A stretch of DNA of 64,000 nt from Caldimonas sp. (GTDB taxonomy: Bacteria; Pseudomonadota; Gammaproteobacteria; Burkholderiales; Burkholderiaceae_C): positions 181,409-245,408 of the forward strand of contig CBDFFO010000010.1 in NCBI GenBank assembly GCA_965246805.1, written 5' to 3'. The notes beneath the pieces were generated by a model. That model searched no databases. It saw only the letters and a program-made list of their open reading frames with translations, and was not told the DNA's origin. Positions 1 through 18,568 of the stretch are shown piece after piece; the first letter of the stretch is position 1, and each line of letters starts with the position of its first letter. Position numbers and translations under genes: made by a program.

Positions 1-2829
<2,829 letters not shown>

Positions 2830-3034
2830 GCGTGACGGCACACGCAGCGGCGCCAGCGTGATTCGCGCAGCCTGAGCAGCGGGCCGTCGGTCGCGGCGAC
2901 ATGTGTTTCCATGTGGGCGCGATCTCCGGTGCTTATCGGGAGATCCAAGCCAGCGTCGGCGTGGCCCACTGCGGGCTGCTTCCATCCGCCTCTCGCGCGC
3001 CGCCCACTGCCGATATCGCTTCCCTCACGCCCGC

Positions 3035-4309
3035 ATGAAGCCGCCGACCCTGATCCGCGCTGCGCCGCCGCTCGGACCCGACGAGAAAGTGACGGGCCTC
3101 GTGCTCACGGGCGGGGGCGCGCGCGCGGCCTACCAGGTCGGCGTGCTGCGCGCGGTCGCGAAGATTCGCCGCCAGTGCGGCATCAAGGAAGGCAACCCGT
3201 TCCCGGTGATCGCCGGTACCTCAGCGGGCGCCATCAATGCCGCCGCGCTCGCGACCCGCTCCGACGATTTCGGCGGCGCCGTCGCCGGGCTTACCGAGGT
3301 GTGGCAAAACTTTCGCGCGGAGCAGGTCTATCGATCCGATTCCATCGGCGTGATTCGCACCGGCGCGCGCTGGTTGACGATGATGTCGATCGGCTGGGCG
3401 CTCGCCCGCTTTCGTCGCGCGAGGCCGCGGTCGCTGCTCGACAACTCGCCGCTCGAGGGACTGCTGAGCAAGCTGGTCGACTTCGATCGACTGCACCCAT
3501 TGATGCAGGCCGGCCACCTGCACGCGCTCGCGGTCACCGCGTCGAGCTACGGTTCGGGTCTTCACGTGACCTTCTACGACGCCATCGACGACATCGTGCC
3601 GTGGACGCGCTCGCAACGCATCGCGGTGCGCGACTCGATCGACACGCCGCACCTGCTCGCTTCGTCGGCGATCCCGTTCGTGTTCCCGGCCGTGGCGCTC
3701 GATGTCGGCGATGGCCGCATCGAGTATTGCGGCGACGGCTCGATGCGCCAGGCCGCGCCGATCTCGCCGGCCGTGCACCTCGGCGCTGAACGCATCCTGG
3801 TGATCGGCGCCGGCCGGATGCACGAGCCACCGGGAGAGCGCCCGTCGACGAGCGAATACCCGAACCTCGCGCAGATCGCCGGTCATGCGCTCGCCAACAT
3901 CTTTCTCGATGCGCTCGCGGTCGACGTCGAGCGCCTGCAGCGCATCAATGCCACGCTGTCGTTGCTGCCACCCGAGATCCGCGCGAAAACCGCGCTCAAG
4001 CCGATCGAGGTGCTGCTGATCGCGCCGAGCCAGCGCATCGACGACATCGCCGCCAAGCACCTGGGCAGCATGCCGCTGCCGATTCGTGCGCTGCTTCGAG
4101 GCCTGGGCGTGAAGGGCAAGGGCGACGACGCCCGCGGCGCCGCGCTCGCGAGCTACCTGCTGTTCGAAGCGCCGTACACCCGCGAACTCATCGCACTCGG
4201 CCAGCGCGACACGCTCGCGCGGCGCGACGAGGTGCTCGCCTTCTTCGATTGGGTGCCGGAAAAGGACAGGCCGCTGGAAACCGTGGCTGGTGATCTCAGC
4301 GGCCTGTGA
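3035..4309 (+). CDS. Patatin-like phospholipase family protein
   Basis: GGGARAAYQVG glycine-rich loop, GTSAG nucleophile motif, DGS motif. Start taken at MKPPTL (ATG 3035). Confidence 0.9.
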   Translation: MKPPTLIRAAPPLGPDEKVTGLVLTGGGARAAYQVGVLRAVAKIRRQCGIKEGNPFPVIAGTSAGAINAAALATRSDDFGGAVAGLTEVWQNFRAEQVYRSDSIGVIRTGARWLTMMSIGWALARFRRARPRSLLDNSPLEGLLSKLVDFDRLHPLMQAGHLHALAVTASSYGSGLHVTFYDAIDDIVPWTRSQRIAVRDSIDTPHLLASSAIPFVFPAVALDVGDGRIEYCGDGSMRQAAPISPAVHLGAERILVIGAGRMHEPPGERPSTSEYPNLAQIAGHALANIFLDALAVDVERLQRINATLSLLPPEIRAKTALKPIEVLLIAPSQRIDDIAAKHLGSMPLPIRALLRGLGVKGKGDDARGAALASYLLFEAPYTRELIALGQRDTLARRDEVLAFFDWVPEKDRPLETVAGDLSGL

Positions 4310-4352
4310 ACGAAGCGGGACGCGGCCTCGCTCCGTTGCGAGCGCAGCAGAC

Positions 4353-4910
4353 TTACTTGGTGTCCGAGGCGCTCTTCGCAGCCTTCTTGGCGGCCTTCTT
4401 CTCGGCGCGTTCCGCTTTCATCTCGTCTTTCTTTTCAACCGCGCCGTCCTTGATATCGCCGGCCTTGGTCTTGGTGGCCTTGACGGCCTTTTCAGAGCCC
4501 GTGGCGGTTGCCGAAGCGGCCTTCTTCACAGCCGAAGCGGTGGCCGAAGCACCCTTCTTCATGCTGTTTTCGGTTGAATCGACGGCCTTCGCCATGGTGG
4601 ACTTGGGCGTCTCGTTGGCAGCCGCCTTGGCGGGCTTGGCGGGAGCGCCCTTGTAGGCGGCCCCGTTCACAGTCATACCTTCGGTCGAGAACTTGGCCGC
4701 GCTGCCTTCGCCCACGCCCTTGACCCGAACCACCATGTCTTCCCAGTCCTTGAACGGCGCCTTCTTGCGCTCGTTGATGATGAGCGTGGAGATGACCGGG
4801 CCGATGCCCTTGACGGCTTCGAGTTCGGCCTGCGTGGCGGTGTTGGCCTCGACGGCGAACGCAGAGAACGCGATGAACGCGCACAGCGCCGCGATGAGTT
4901 TCTTGAACAT
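4353..4910 (-). CDS. ComEA-like helix-hairpin-helix DNA-binding protein with signal peptide and Lys/Ala-rich tail
   Basis: MFKKLIAALCAFIAFSAFA signal peptide; NTATQAELEAVKGIGPV and VKGVGE HhH motifs; usual position next to rfaD. Confidence 0.85.
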   Translation of the reverse strand: MFKKLIAALCAFIAFSAFAVEANTATQAELEAVKGIGPVISTLIINERKKAPFKDWEDMVVRVKGVGEGSAAKFSTEGMTVNGAAYKGAPAKPAKAAANETPKSTMAKAVDSTENSMKKGASATASAVKKAASATATGSEKAVKATKTKAGDIKDGAVEKKDEMKAERAEKKAAKKAAKSASDTK

Positions 4911-5034
4911 GTGGATTTCCCCTGTGTAGATGAGTCGGCGCGTCGAAATGCGTGCCGTCAACCCGTAACGGTCGGCCTCCCGGCCGGTTGACCCGTCGCG
5001 GCCGGATTTTGTCAGCCGGGCGATCGACGGTGAT

Positions 5035-6033
5035 TCAGACCGGCGGCTGGGCCGCCAGCCAATCGACGTAGCGCGCCACGCCGTTCTCGACCGAGACGAA
5101 GTCGTGCCCGCATCCCGCGGCGCGCAGCCGCGACAGATCGGCTTCGGTGAAGCTCTGGTACTTGCCGACCAGGGCAGCCGGGAACTCGATGTACTCGATC
5201 GCGCCGAGCCGGACCAGGTCGCCGAGCGACATCGCGTGCTCGCCGTCGAGCGCGCGTTGCGCGTTGACGACCGCGACGGCCACGTCGTTGAACGGCTGCG
5301 CGCGGCCGCTGCCGAGATTGAAGATGCCGCTCGCTTCCGGGTGCTCGAGGAACCAGAGGTTCACCGCGACGATGTCGTCGACGTGGATGAAGTCGCGCGA
5401 CTGCTGGCCTGCCTCGTAGCCGCCGTACGGGCCGAACAGCCTGACGTTGCCGCTGTCGCGCAGCTGATTGAAGTGGTGGAACGCGACCGACGCCATGCGG
5501 CCCTTGTGCTGCTCGTGTGGCCCGTACACATTGAAGTAGCGAAAGCCGGCGACCTGCGCGGTGCAGGCCGGCAGCATGCGGCGCACCACGTTGTCGAACA
5601 GCAGCTTCGAGTAGCCGTAGACGTTGAGTGGTTGCTCGAACGCCGGCTCTTCGCGAAAGGTCGAGCTGCCGCCATAGGTGGCTGCCGACGACGCGTAGAG
5701 CAGGCGTGTGCCGCGCGCTTGGGCCGCGTCGAGCAAGTCTTTCGAGCAGCGGTAGTTGGTGTCGAGCATGTAGCGACCGTCGTGCTCCATCGTGTCGGAG
5801 CACGCCCCCTCGTGAAAGACCGCGTCGACCCGGCCGAATTCGCCGCGCGCGAAGCGTCCGTAGAACTCGCTGCGGTCGAAGTAATCGACGAGGCGCGCGC
5901 CCACGAGGTTGCGGTATTTGGTGCCGTCGGTGAGGTCGTCGACCGCGATGATGTCGTCGATGCCGATCGCGTTCAGCCCGTGCACGAGGTTGCTGCCGAT
6001 CATGCCGGCCGCGCCGGTGACGACGACCTTCAC
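5035..6033 (-). CDS. rfaD: ADP-L-glycero-D-manno-heptose 6-epimerase
   Basis: [13 protein letters not shown]-binding motif, [28 protein letters not shown] start overlaps the rfaE1 stop. Confidence 0.96.
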   Translation of the reverse strand: MKVVVTGAAGMIGSNLVHGLNAIGIDDIIAVDDLTDGTKYRNLVGARLVDYFDRSEFYGRFARGEFGRVDAVFHEGACSDTMEHDGRYMLDTNYRCSKDLLDAAQARGTRLLYASSAATYGGSSTFREEPAFEQPLNVYGYSKLLFDNVVRRMLPACTAQVAGFRYFNVYGPHEQHKGRMASVAFHHFNQLRDSGNVRLFGPYGGYEAGQQSRDFIHVDDIVAVNLWFLEHPEASGIFNLGSGRAQPFNDVAVAVVNAQRALDGEHAMSLGDLVRLGAIEYIEFPAALVGKYQSFTEADLSRLRAAGCGHDFVSVENGVARYVDWLAAQPPV

Positions 6034-7001
6034 GGCGTGCCCCTCATCGACGTGGCCAGCTCTTCGTAGCCCACACTCGCGGTGCCGAACTTGCCGACCA
6101 CGATGCCACCGGCGTGGTTGGCGATCGGCATCGCTGCGCGCAGTTCGAGGCCGCTCGCGAGCATCACCGCGAGCGTCGCGATCACGGTGTCGCCGGCGCC
6201 CGTCACGTCGAACACCTCGCGGGCCTGCGCCGGCACGTGAACCTGGCCACTGGCGTCGAAGATGGACATGCCTTCCTCGGCGCGCGTCAACACGATGGCG
6301 CCAATGGTGTTGGCATGGCGCAGCGTCGAGATGCGCTCGACCAGCTGTTCCGGCGAGCTCCACGCGCCGACCACCTGCGCCAGCTCGGCACGGTTCGGCG
6401 TGATGACGCTGGCGCCCGCGTAGCGCGAGTAGTCGCTGCCCTTCGGATCGACGAGCACCGGCTTGCCCGCCGCGAGCGCGAGTTCGATCATCCGCGGGAT
6501 GTGCGTCAGGCCGCCCTTGCCGTAATCGGAGAACAGCACCACATCGTGCTCGGGCAGCGCGCGTTCGTAGTCGGCGAGCATGCTGCTCAGCACCTCGTGG
6601 TCCGGCTGGTTCTCGAAGTCGACGCGGATCAGCTGCTGGGCGCGTCCGATCACGCGCAGCTTGACGATCGTGAACAGCTGCGGGTCGCTGCCCAGCAAGG
6701 CCGTGACGCCTTGCTGCTCGAGCAGCTCGCGCAGGCGCCGCGCGGCATCGTCGGCGCCCACCACCGTGAGCAGCGTCGCCTTCGCGCCGAGCGCCTTCAC
6801 GTTGAGCGCGACGTTGGCCGCGCCACCGAGGCGTTCTTCTTCGCGCTCGACCCGTACCACGGGCACCGGGGCTTCCGGCGAGATCCGGTCGACGGCGCCG
6901 AACCAGTAGCGGTCGAGCATCGCGTCGCCGACCACCAGCACGTTGGCCTCGGCGATGGTCTGGCGCGCGGGCAGCGTCGTGAGCGGCAGCGTCGGCAGCA
7001 T
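6030..7001 (-). CDS. rfaE1: D-glycero-beta-D-manno-heptose-7-phosphate kinase (PfkB family)
   Basis: [40 protein letters not shown] motifs. Confidence 0.95.
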   Translation of the reverse strand: MLPTLPLTTLPARQTIAEANVLVVGDAMLDRYWFGAVDRISPEAPVPVVRVEREEERLGGAANVALNVKALGAKATLLTVVGADDAARRLRELLEQQGVTALLGSDPQLFTIVKLRVIGRAQQLIRVDFENQPDHEVLSSMLADYERALPEHDVVLFSDYGKGGLTHIPRMIELALAAGKPVLVDPKGSDYSRYAGASVITPNRAELAQVVGAWSSPEQLVERISTLRHANTIGAIVLTRAEEGMSIFDASGQVHVPAQAREVFDVTGAGDTVIATLAVMLASGLELRAAMPIANHAGGIVVGKFGTASVGYEELATSMRGTP

Positions 7002-8149
7002 CAAAGATCCTCTAGGCGTTGGGGCGGGTAGGTGTCCCAACCGAGGCAGCCGGGGCATTGCCAGAAGTAGTGTTCGGCTTCAAAGCCGCAGGCCGCGCAA
7101 CGATAGCGGTGCAGCGGCCTGGCGGCACGCCGAACGGCGTCGCGGATCGCGCCGGGCACGGCGTCGCAGGACGAGGTTTGGTCTTCGTCGAGCACCGCCC
7201 GCGCGGCGGCGAGGGTCGGGTGCTCGCGCAGGTGCGTCAGCAAGCGCGCGTGGCGCGCGACCGGCGCGGCGTCGAGCGCGGCCATCGCTTCGAGCAGATC
7301 GATGGTCGGCGTCTGCCGGTAGAGCGGCGCGAGGCGCGCCAGTGCCGCCGGTGCGGTGCCGAGGGCGAGCGCGCTGGCCGCGTAATCGCGGGCGACGAGG
7401 TTGAACGCGCCGGGCTGCGTTGTCATCAGCGTGTTCCATTGGCGGATCGCTTCGTCGTGCCGACCTTGCCCTGCGGCCCGCTGACCCGCGAGCACCGACG
7501 GTCGCGCGGCCTGCGGCGCGGCCTCGCGCGCTTCCCTGAGAAACGATTCGGCATCGTCGGGCTTGCCGGCGGCATCGGCCTCGAGCGCGAGCTCGCAGGC
7601 GTAGTGCGCGATCCGCGAGGAGAACGAGCCGGAGGCGCTCGCTTCGAGCTGGCGTGCGATGTCGACCGCGGCGCGCCAATCGCGCGAGCGCTCGTGCAAC
7701 ACCAGCAGCGCAAGGCGCGATTCGGTATCGAACGCGGTGCCCGAGAGCGTTTGGTACGAGGCCTCGGCACGATCGAAGATGCCAGCCTTCATGAAGTCCT
7801 GCGCCAGCTCGTGCTGCGCGCGTTCGCGTTCAGCCTTGGGCAGGTCGGCGCGATGGAGCAGGTGCTGATGGACGCGCACGGCGCGTTCGTACTCACCGCG
7901 GCGCCGGAACAGGTTGCCGAGCGCGAAGTGCAGCTCGGCGGTGTCAGGGTCTTGCCGGAGTGCCTCGATGAACGAGTCGATAGCCTTGTCGTGCTGTTCG
8001 TTCAGCAGGAAATTGAGACCGTTGTAGAGCACCTTCGGCGAAGCCTTGTGGTCGCGTTTCCACTGCCGCACATCGAAGCGCGATCCGATCCAGCCGAACG
8101 CGAAGGCAAGTGGCAGCGCCCACAGCAGCCACGGCAGCTCAAAGTCCAT
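7001..8149 (-). CDS. lapB: LPS assembly protein B (TPR repeats plus rubredoxin-like Zn site)
   Basis: N-terminal TM helix, [16 protein letters not shown]-terminal CAACG...CPGC. Confidence 0.95.
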   Translation of the reverse strand: MDFELPWLLWALPLAFAFGWIGSRFDVRQWKRDHKASPKVLYNGLNFLLNEQHDKAIDSFIEALRQDPDTAELHFALGNLFRRRGEYERAVRVHQHLLHRADLPKAERERAQHELAQDFMKAGIFDRAEASYQTLSGTAFDTESRLALLVLHERSRDWRAAVDIARQLEASASGSFSSRIAHYACELALEADAAGKPDDAESFLREAREAAPQAARPSVLAGQRAAGQGRHDEAIRQWNTLMTTQPGAFNLVARDYAASALALGTAPAALARLAPLYRQTPTIDLLEAMAALDAAPVARHARLLTHLREHPTLAAARAVLDEDQTSSCDAVPGAIRDAVRRAARPLHRYRCAACGFEAEHYFWQCPGCLGWDTYPPQRLEDL

Positions 8150-8456
8150 CGTGGATCGTGAGCGGCCGGTCGACCAGCGGTGCGGACGCGCCGGTCGCCG
8201 CGTCGAGCGGGGTGGCTGCCGTCGCGGCGGCCACATTGCTGCGCGCGACGCGCCGGTGGCGCCACCAGCTCGGCACCATCGCGACGACCCCGAATGCGCA
8301 GCCGAGTGCAAACGCACCGAGCACGATGAAGACCATCGACGTGCGCCACTCGAAGCCGAAGAACCAGTTGATCTTCGCTTCCTGCAGGTTGTTGAGCGCG
8401 AACGCGAAGAGCGTGAAGAAGATGGCAGCTCGAAAGAGCCAGACGAGTGTTCGCAT
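8139..8456 (-). CDS. lapA: LPS assembly protein A (LapA/YciS)
   Basis: Two TM segments, FALNN motif, located between ihfB and lapB. Confidence 0.88.
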   Translation of the reverse strand: MRTLVWLFRAAIFFTLFAFALNNLQEAKINWFFGFEWRTSMVFIVLGAFALGCAFGVVAMVPSWWRHRRVARSNVAAATAATPLDAATGASAPLVDRPLTIHDGL

Positions 8457-8527
8457 CGGAAGTCCCGCGCGGATTCTAAGAGTGCAGCGTGCGCACCGAG
8501 GCAAGGACGCCGAGCGTGCGTATCGAC

Positions 8528-8851
8528 TCAGTGGCCGCTGGATGAGACCGCTTCGCCGGCCAGCGCCGCCGCTCGCGCATCAACCGCTTCACGCAAGGCC
8601 TTGCCCGGCTTGAAATGTGGCACCAGCTTTTCGGGGATGACGACCTTCGCGCCCGACCGCGGATTGCGGCCGATGCGCGGCGGGCGCCGGTTGATCGAGA
8701 AGCTGCCGAAGCCGCGAATCTCGATGCGGTGCCCCTTGGCCAAAGCCCCGGACATCGCATCGATGATTGTCTTCACCGCGAACTCGGTGTCGCGGTGCGT
8801 GAGCTGGCCGAATCGCTCGGCCAGCTGCAGGACCAGATCGGACCGCGTCAC
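8528..8851 (-). CDS. ihfB: Integration host factor beta
   Basis: [10 protein letters not shown]...GRNPRSG...HFKPGK; downstream of rpsA. Confidence 0.96.
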   Translation of the reverse strand: MTRSDLVLQLAERFGQLTHRDTEFAVKTIIDAMSGALAKGHRIEIRGFGSFSINRRPPRIGRNPRSGAKVVIPEKLVPHFKPGKALREAVDARAAALAGEAVSSSGH

Positions 8852-8878
8852 GCGATGAAGCCGCTGGGCTCTTCAACC

Positions 8879-10597
<1,719 letters not shown>

Positions 10598-10688
10598 ATC
10601 GGATTTCCGGTGCAGCGTGGGCTGCGGTTGGGGTTTGAAACCGGCGCCCTGGCGTGCAAGCAGCACTGAGGGAGAGCGACGGGGCTTT

Positions 10689-12707
10689 TCAATCGAAGGG
10701 CCGGCGCGCTTCCCAGGCATCGAGAACGATCTTCACCGACTGTTCGATGGAGAGGTTCGAGTTGTCGAGCATGAGCGCGTCGGCTGCCGGCCTCAACGGC
10801 GAGACCGCGCGGGTGGTGTCCCGCAGGTCGCGCGCCTCGAGGTCGGCTCGAAGAGCGACGATGTTAGCGGAAAGGCCGGCCGAGAGCAATTGCCGGTGCC
10901 GGCGTGCCGCCCGTTCCGCCGCCGTTGCACTGAGGTAGACCTTGAGCGCCGCGCCGGGGAAAACCACCGTGCCCATGTCGCGGCCATCGGCCACCAGACC
11001 GGGCAGGCGGTGGAACGACAGTTGAAGGTCGAGCAAGGCCTGGCGCACGCGCGGCAGCGATGCGATGCGCGACGCGTACAGGCCGACGTCTTCGGCACGC
11101 AACGAATCGGTGACGTTGTCGCCATTCAAGTACGCCTGGCCCTTGGCGAAACGCAGGTCGATCGATGCGGCGATCTCGACCAGGCTCGTTTCTTCGCTCG
11201 TCTGGATGCCGAGCCGCATCGCGGCCAGGGCGGTCGCGCGATAGACCGCGCCGGAATCGAGCAGCTGATAGCCCAGCGCGTCGGCGACCGCGCTGGCGAG
11301 CGTGCCTTTGCCCGATGCGGTGGGGCCGTCGATCGCGAGCACGGGGATGGCGGCGAGGTCGGTCGTGGCGACGCTGAACAGCGTCTCGAAATAATCCGGG
11401 AACGTTTTGCCGACGCAACGCGGATCGAGGATGCGAACGGGCAGCGCACTCGCACCCCGCACGACGGGGTTGAATGCGGCGAGCGAGAAACACATCGCCA
11501 CGCGATGGTCGTCGTAGGTGTGGATAGCCGCCGGCAACCAGGTCTCGCGCGCGGGCGGCGAGACTTCGATGAAGTCGGGCCCCTCGACCACGCCAGCGCC
11601 GAGCTTGCGCAGCTCGGTGGCCATCGCCGCGATCCGATCGGTTTCCTTCACGCGCCAGCTCGCGATATGCGTCAGGCGCGTCGTGCCCTCGGCGAAGAGC
11701 GCGAGCACCGCGAGCGTCATCGCGGCGTCGGGGATGTTGGTGCAGTCCAGCGTGATCGCTCGCAGCGGGAACGCGCCGCGTGTCACCTCGAGCCAGCCGT
11801 CACCACCGTCGACCACCGCGCCCATCGACCTTGCCGCATCGACGAAGCGAATGTCGCCTTGCATCGAATCGAGGCCGACGCCTTCGATGCGCAGCGGCGC
11901 ATCGATCGCCGCCAGGGCGCCTGCCGCGATGAAGTACGACGCCGACGACGCATCGCCTTCGACGCGGATCGACCCCGGCGAGCGATAGGCGCTGCCGGCC
12001 GCGATCGTGAAGCGCTGCCAGCCGTCGCGCGGGACCGTCACGCCGAAGCGCTCCAGCAACCTCAAGGTCAGCTCGACGTAGGGCTTGGAGATGAGTTCGC
12101 CCTGAACCTCGATCGTGACGGCCTGTTCCGCCGCGACGAGCGGCAGCGCGAGCAGCAGCGCGCTCAGGAACTGGCTCGACACATCGCCGCGCACCTGGAT
12201 CGGCGCGCCGAGTTGCAGCGTCGACACCTCGCCACCGATGCGCAGCGGCGGGTAGCCGGCTTGTCCGTCGTACCCGATCACGCAGCCGAGTGCGACGAGC
12301 GCGTCGACCAGATCGCGGATCGGCCGCTCGTGCATGCGTGCGACGCCGTGCACCCGGAAGCGCCCGCCCTGGCGCGCGGCCAGCAGCGCGAGCGCGGCGG
12401 CGAGCGGCCGCATCGCGGTTCCGGCGTTGCCGAGAAAGAGATCGGCCTGGCTGACCGGCAGCACGCCGGCGGTGCCGGTCACGTGCGTGGCGCTGCCATC
12501 GGACTCCACGCGGCAGCCCAGCGCCCGCAGCGCCTCGCGCATCACGACCGTGTCGTCGGAATCGAGCAGGCCTTCGATGGTCGTGATGCCCGCGCTCAGG
12601 CCGGCCAGCAGCAGCACGCGGTTCGAGATGCTCTTCGAACCCGGCAGGCGAACGGTGCCGGCCACGCGTTGCAGCGGCGGGATATCGATGAAGCGCGCGT
12701 GGTACAT
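10689..12707 (-). CDS. aroA-cmk: Bifunctional EPSP synthase / cytidylate kinase
   Basis: AroA motifs [25 protein letters not shown], followed in frame by the Cmk P-loop [12 protein letters not shown] and [11 protein letters not shown]. Confidence 0.95.
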   Translation of the reverse strand: MYHARFIDIPPLQRVAGTVRLPGSKSISNRVLLLAGLSAGITTIEGLLDSDDTVVMREALRALGCRVESDGSATHVTGTAGVLPVSQADLFLGNAGTAMRPLAAALALLAARQGGRFRVHGVARMHERPIRDLVDALVALGCVIGYDGQAGYPPLRIGGEVSTLQLGAPIQVRGDVSSQFLSALLLALPLVAAEQAVTIEVQGELISKPYVELTLRLLERFGVTVPRDGWQRFTIAAGSAYRSPGSIRVEGDASSASYFIAAGALAAIDAPLRIEGVGLDSMQGDIRFVDAARSMGAVVDGGDGWLEVTRGAFPLRAITLDCTNIPDAAMTLAVLALFAEGTTRLTHIASWRVKETDRIAAMATELRKLGAGVVEGPDFIEVSPPARETWLPAAIHTYDDHRVAMCFSLAAFNPVVRGASALPVRILDPRCVGKTFPDYFETLFSVATTDLAAIPVLAIDGPTASGKGTLASAVADALGYQLLDSGAVYRATALAAMRLGIQTSEETSLVEIAASIDLRFAKGQAYLNGDNVTDSLRAEDVGLYASRIASLPRVRQALLDLQLSFHRLPGLVADGRDMGTVVFPGAALKVYLSATAAERAARRHRQLLSAGLSANIVALRADLEARDLRDTTRAVSPLRPAADALMLDNSNLSIEQSVKIVLDAWEARRPFD

Positions 12708-12827
12708 GGGGTGTCGCGGCGCGACGCTCTCCTCGGGCTGACGACTCGACGCTGGATGGTCTGTTGACCTGTCACACTGAGATCGGAAGTCGCCGTCCGT
12801 CGACTCCCATTTCAATGTGACAGGCCA

Positions 12828-13712
12828 CTAGCGCTTGACGCTCGGTGCGGTGGCGCTCATCTGCCAGTTGGCGCGCGCATCCGACGCGCTGCGAATCAGC
12901 GATTCGAGCGCGTCATTGTTGCCGGTCTTGACGACGTGTTCCATCGCATCGAGCGCGTGGCGGAACGACTGCGTCTGCTTCAGGATCTCTTCGCGGTTCG
13001 CCATCAGGATGTCGCGCCACACCTCGGGATTGCTCGCAGCGATGCGGGTGAAGTCGCGAAAGCCCGGGCCGCCGAGCGAGAGGTAGTCGCGGCCAGCCGG
13101 CTGGCGCGCCACCGCGTTGAAGTAGGCGAACGCGAGGATGTGCGGCAGGTGGCTCACGGCGGCGAACGCGGCGTCGTGGTTCTCCGGCGTCATGCGGAGC
13201 ACCTGCGAGCCCAGCGCGGCCCAGGTGTCCGTCGCCTTCTGGATCAGCTCCGGCGACGTCTTCGCGAGCGGCGTCAGGATCACCTGGCGGCCCTGGTACA
13301 GCGTCGCGTCAGCGTTGCCGATGCCGGCCACCTCTTTGCCGGCGATCGGATGCGTCGGCACGAACGACCCGATGCGGTCTTTCAACGTGCGGCGCGCGGC
13401 GTCGACGACGTCGCGCTTGGTCGAGCCCACGTCCATCATCAACGCACCCGGATCGATCAGATGGCGGATCGCCTTGAAGGTGGCTTCGGTCGCCGCGACC
13501 GGCACGGCGATCAGGATGAGATCGCTGCCCGAGACCGCGAGCAGCGCCGACTCGGCCGCGATGTCGATCACGCCGAGCCGCTTCGCCTGCTCGGTCGTGG
13601 ACGGCGACTTGCTGTAGCCCACCACGCGCTTGACGATGCCGGCGCGCCGCGCGGCGAGCGCGAACGAACCCCCCATCAGTCCGCAGCCGATCACGCCGAG
13701 TTGGTTGAACAT
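12828..13712 (-). CDS. tyrA: Prephenate/arogenate dehydrogenase
   Basis: GVIGCGLMGGS, DVGSTK, HPIAGKE, SHLPH motifs. Confidence 0.93.
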   Translation of the reverse strand: MFNQLGVIGCGLMGGSFALAARRAGIVKRVVGYSKSPSTTEQAKRLGVIDIAAESALLAVSGSDLILIAVPVAATEATFKAIRHLIDPGALMMDVGSTKRDVVDAARRTLKDRIGSFVPTHPIAGKEVAGIGNADATLYQGRQVILTPLAKTSPELIQKATDTWAALGSQVLRMTPENHDAAFAAVSHLPHILAFAYFNAVARQPAGRDYLSLGGPGFRDFTRIAASNPEVWRDILMANREEILKQTQSFRHALDAMEHVVKTGNNDALESLIRSASDARANWQMSATAPSVKR

Positions 13713-13741
13713 CGCTTCGCCGGGCATCGGTGTCGACCGCG

Positions 13742-14848
13742 TCAACCGGCATCGGCCGGGTAGCTTCCGAAGACGCGGAAGAAGGCGCATTGCCGCTTCA
13801 GCTCGGCGAGCGCCGCGGCTACGGCGGGGTCCTCGCGGTGGCCGACGATGTCGATGAAGAAGAAGTACTCCCACTGGCTCGAGCGCGCGGGCCGCGATTC
13901 GAAGCGCGTCATCGAAACGCCATGCGTCTTCAGCGGAACCAGCATGTCGTGCACCGCGCCCGGCTTGTTCTCGACCGACAGCACCAGGCTCGTCGCGTCC
14001 TGGCCGGTGGGCTGCGAGGGCGTTTGCCGATCGGGGTCGCAGACGACCGCGAAGCGCGTTCGGTTGTGGATCTCGTCCTGGATCGCCGACGCGACAATGT
14101 GCAGGCTGTATTCGCTCGCCGCGCGCTCGCCGGCGATCGCGGCGAGCGAGCCGTCTAGCGACGCCAGCCGCGCGCCTTCGGCATTGCTTGCCACCGCGCG
14201 CCGTTCGGCGTGCGGCAGGTTCACGTCGAGCCAGTGCGCGCATTGCGCGAGCGCTTGCGGATGCGCACAGACGACCGCGACGCCTGGCGAGGTTGCGGTG
14301 AGCCGCATCAAGTGGTGGCGAATGTAGAGGCTCGTCATGCCGACGATCACGAGCGGGGACGCGAGCAGCAGATCGAGAGAGCGCGCGACCACGCCTTCGG
14401 TCGAGTTTTCGACCGGCACCACTCCGAAGTCGGCGATGCCTTCGCCGGTGGCGCGGAACACGTCGTCGAAACTCGCGCAGGCGACCTTGCCGATCGACGA
14501 GCCGAAGAAGGCCACGCTCGCCTGTTCGCTGAACGTGCCGGCAGGGCCGAGGTAGGCGACGCGTGTCGGCATCTCGAGCGAGCGGCACGCCGACATGATC
14601 TCGCGCCAGATTGGAGCGATGCTCGCGTCCGGCAGCGGCCCGGCGTTGCCCTGCCTGAGCGCCTCGATGACCGCGGCCTCGCGATCAGGTCTGAACGCCG
14701 CCGAACCTTCGCGCTTCTTGATCTCGCCGACCGATTGCGCGAGTGCCGCGCGCTGGTTCAGGCGGGCGAGAAGGTCGCGGTCGAGCGCATCGATCTGGGT
14801 GCGCAACGCCGACAAATCGGCGTCGGTGACGGTGGAAAGCTCGGCCAT
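13742..14848 (-). CDS. pheA: Chorismate mutase / prephenate dehydratase (P-protein)
   Basis: LRTQIDALDR chorismate mutase domain, YLGPAGTFSE, PVENSTEG, TRF, and ACT-domain ESRP. Confidence 0.96.
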   Translation of the reverse strand: MAELSTVTDADLSALRTQIDALDRDLLARLNQRAALAQSVGEIKKREGSAAFRPDREAAVIEALRQGNAGPLPDASIAPIWREIMSACRSLEMPTRVAYLGPAGTFSEQASVAFFGSSIGKVACASFDDVFRATGEGIADFGVVPVENSTEGVVARSLDLLLASPLVIVGMTSLYIRHHLMRLTATSPGVAVVCAHPQALAQCAHWLDVNLPHAERRAVASNAEGARLASLDGSLAAIAGERAASEYSLHIVASAIQDEIHNRTRFAVVCDPDRQTPSQPTGQDATSLVLSVENKPGAVHDMLVPLKTHGVSMTRFESRPARSSQWEYFFFIDIVGHREDPAVAAALAELKRQCAFFRVFGSYPADAG

Positions 14849-14943
14849 GTGAGGCGTGCATTCTCGCATGCGAGGAGGTGCACTCCGACCTCGCCGCGGC
14901 GCGCTACGCCCGGCAGCCGAGCGGCCTCGGCGCCAAGTGTTGC

Positions 14944-15572
14944 TTACTGCTTCGTCGCCTTGGCGGACGAGGCCGCTGGCCGGCTCGCACGAGGTGCGCT
15001 GGCACCGGCGGCGTCGGGCGCGGGCAGTTCGGGCGGCAGGCCGAGCGCGACCCGGATCTTGCCGTCGAGCGCCACCAAGCGGGGCCGTGTCAGCGGCTGC
15101 GATTCGGCGATGAGTTTCTGTACGAACGCGCTCTGCATCTCGGCGCCGACCTGCTGAAACTTGTGATTGGTGGGCGACGAGAACCACGCGATCAGCTCTT
15201 TCAGCTCGGCCTCGCTGAACTGCTCTTCGTAGATCGCGCCCATGGCAGCAGGCGCCATTTTCGTCGCGCGATCGCGCAACAGCGGCGTGACGTCGTCGAC
15301 GTATTTTTTGACGTCGGCCTCGATGCGCTTTTGCGCGGCGCCGCGCTGTTCAGGCGCCATCTTCACCTGCATGTATTCGGCTGCGGACTGCATCAGCTGC
15401 GTGGCGGGCCGCTCGGCCAGGCTGCGTGCCAGCTGGTCTATTTCAGGCTGCTGCAACTGGATCAACCTTTGCGCAAGATCTTTCTTCGATGCCGTCGGCG
15501 ACGACTGCGCATGCAGGCCGGTCGAGAGCATGGTGGCCGCAAACAGCGCGGCGATCGAAACGAGTGACTTCA

Positions 15573-15573
<1 letters not shown>
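14944..15573 (-). CDS. DUF2059-like exported protein
   Basis: Signal peptide; YEEQFSEAELKELIAWFSSP motif; usual position downstream of gyrA. Confidence 0.75.
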
Positions 15574-18269
<2,696 letters not shown>

Positions 18270-18568
18270 GGGTGCGTTCAGTGGTGCGTGGAGCAGCCCG
18301 GGTCTCGACGAGAGCACCGGGTCGCGCGCCAGCCTTCAACGAGGCTCGCAGCGAGGGTCGAATTCTAAGTGGCAGCACTTGTCGCAGCGACGCAACAATG
18401 GCTTCAGAAGGCGCGCCACGCCTCGGCAAAAGCCAGTGAAGAGAGTCCCCTATGGCACAATCCGGCCCGTCGCTGGTCAATATTCGGCTAGGAAGTGACC
18501 CGTACAGATCCGTTCAGGTTTGGACGTTTTTGCAGAACACTATTGCCCTTCCCTCGAGAGGAGAATCA

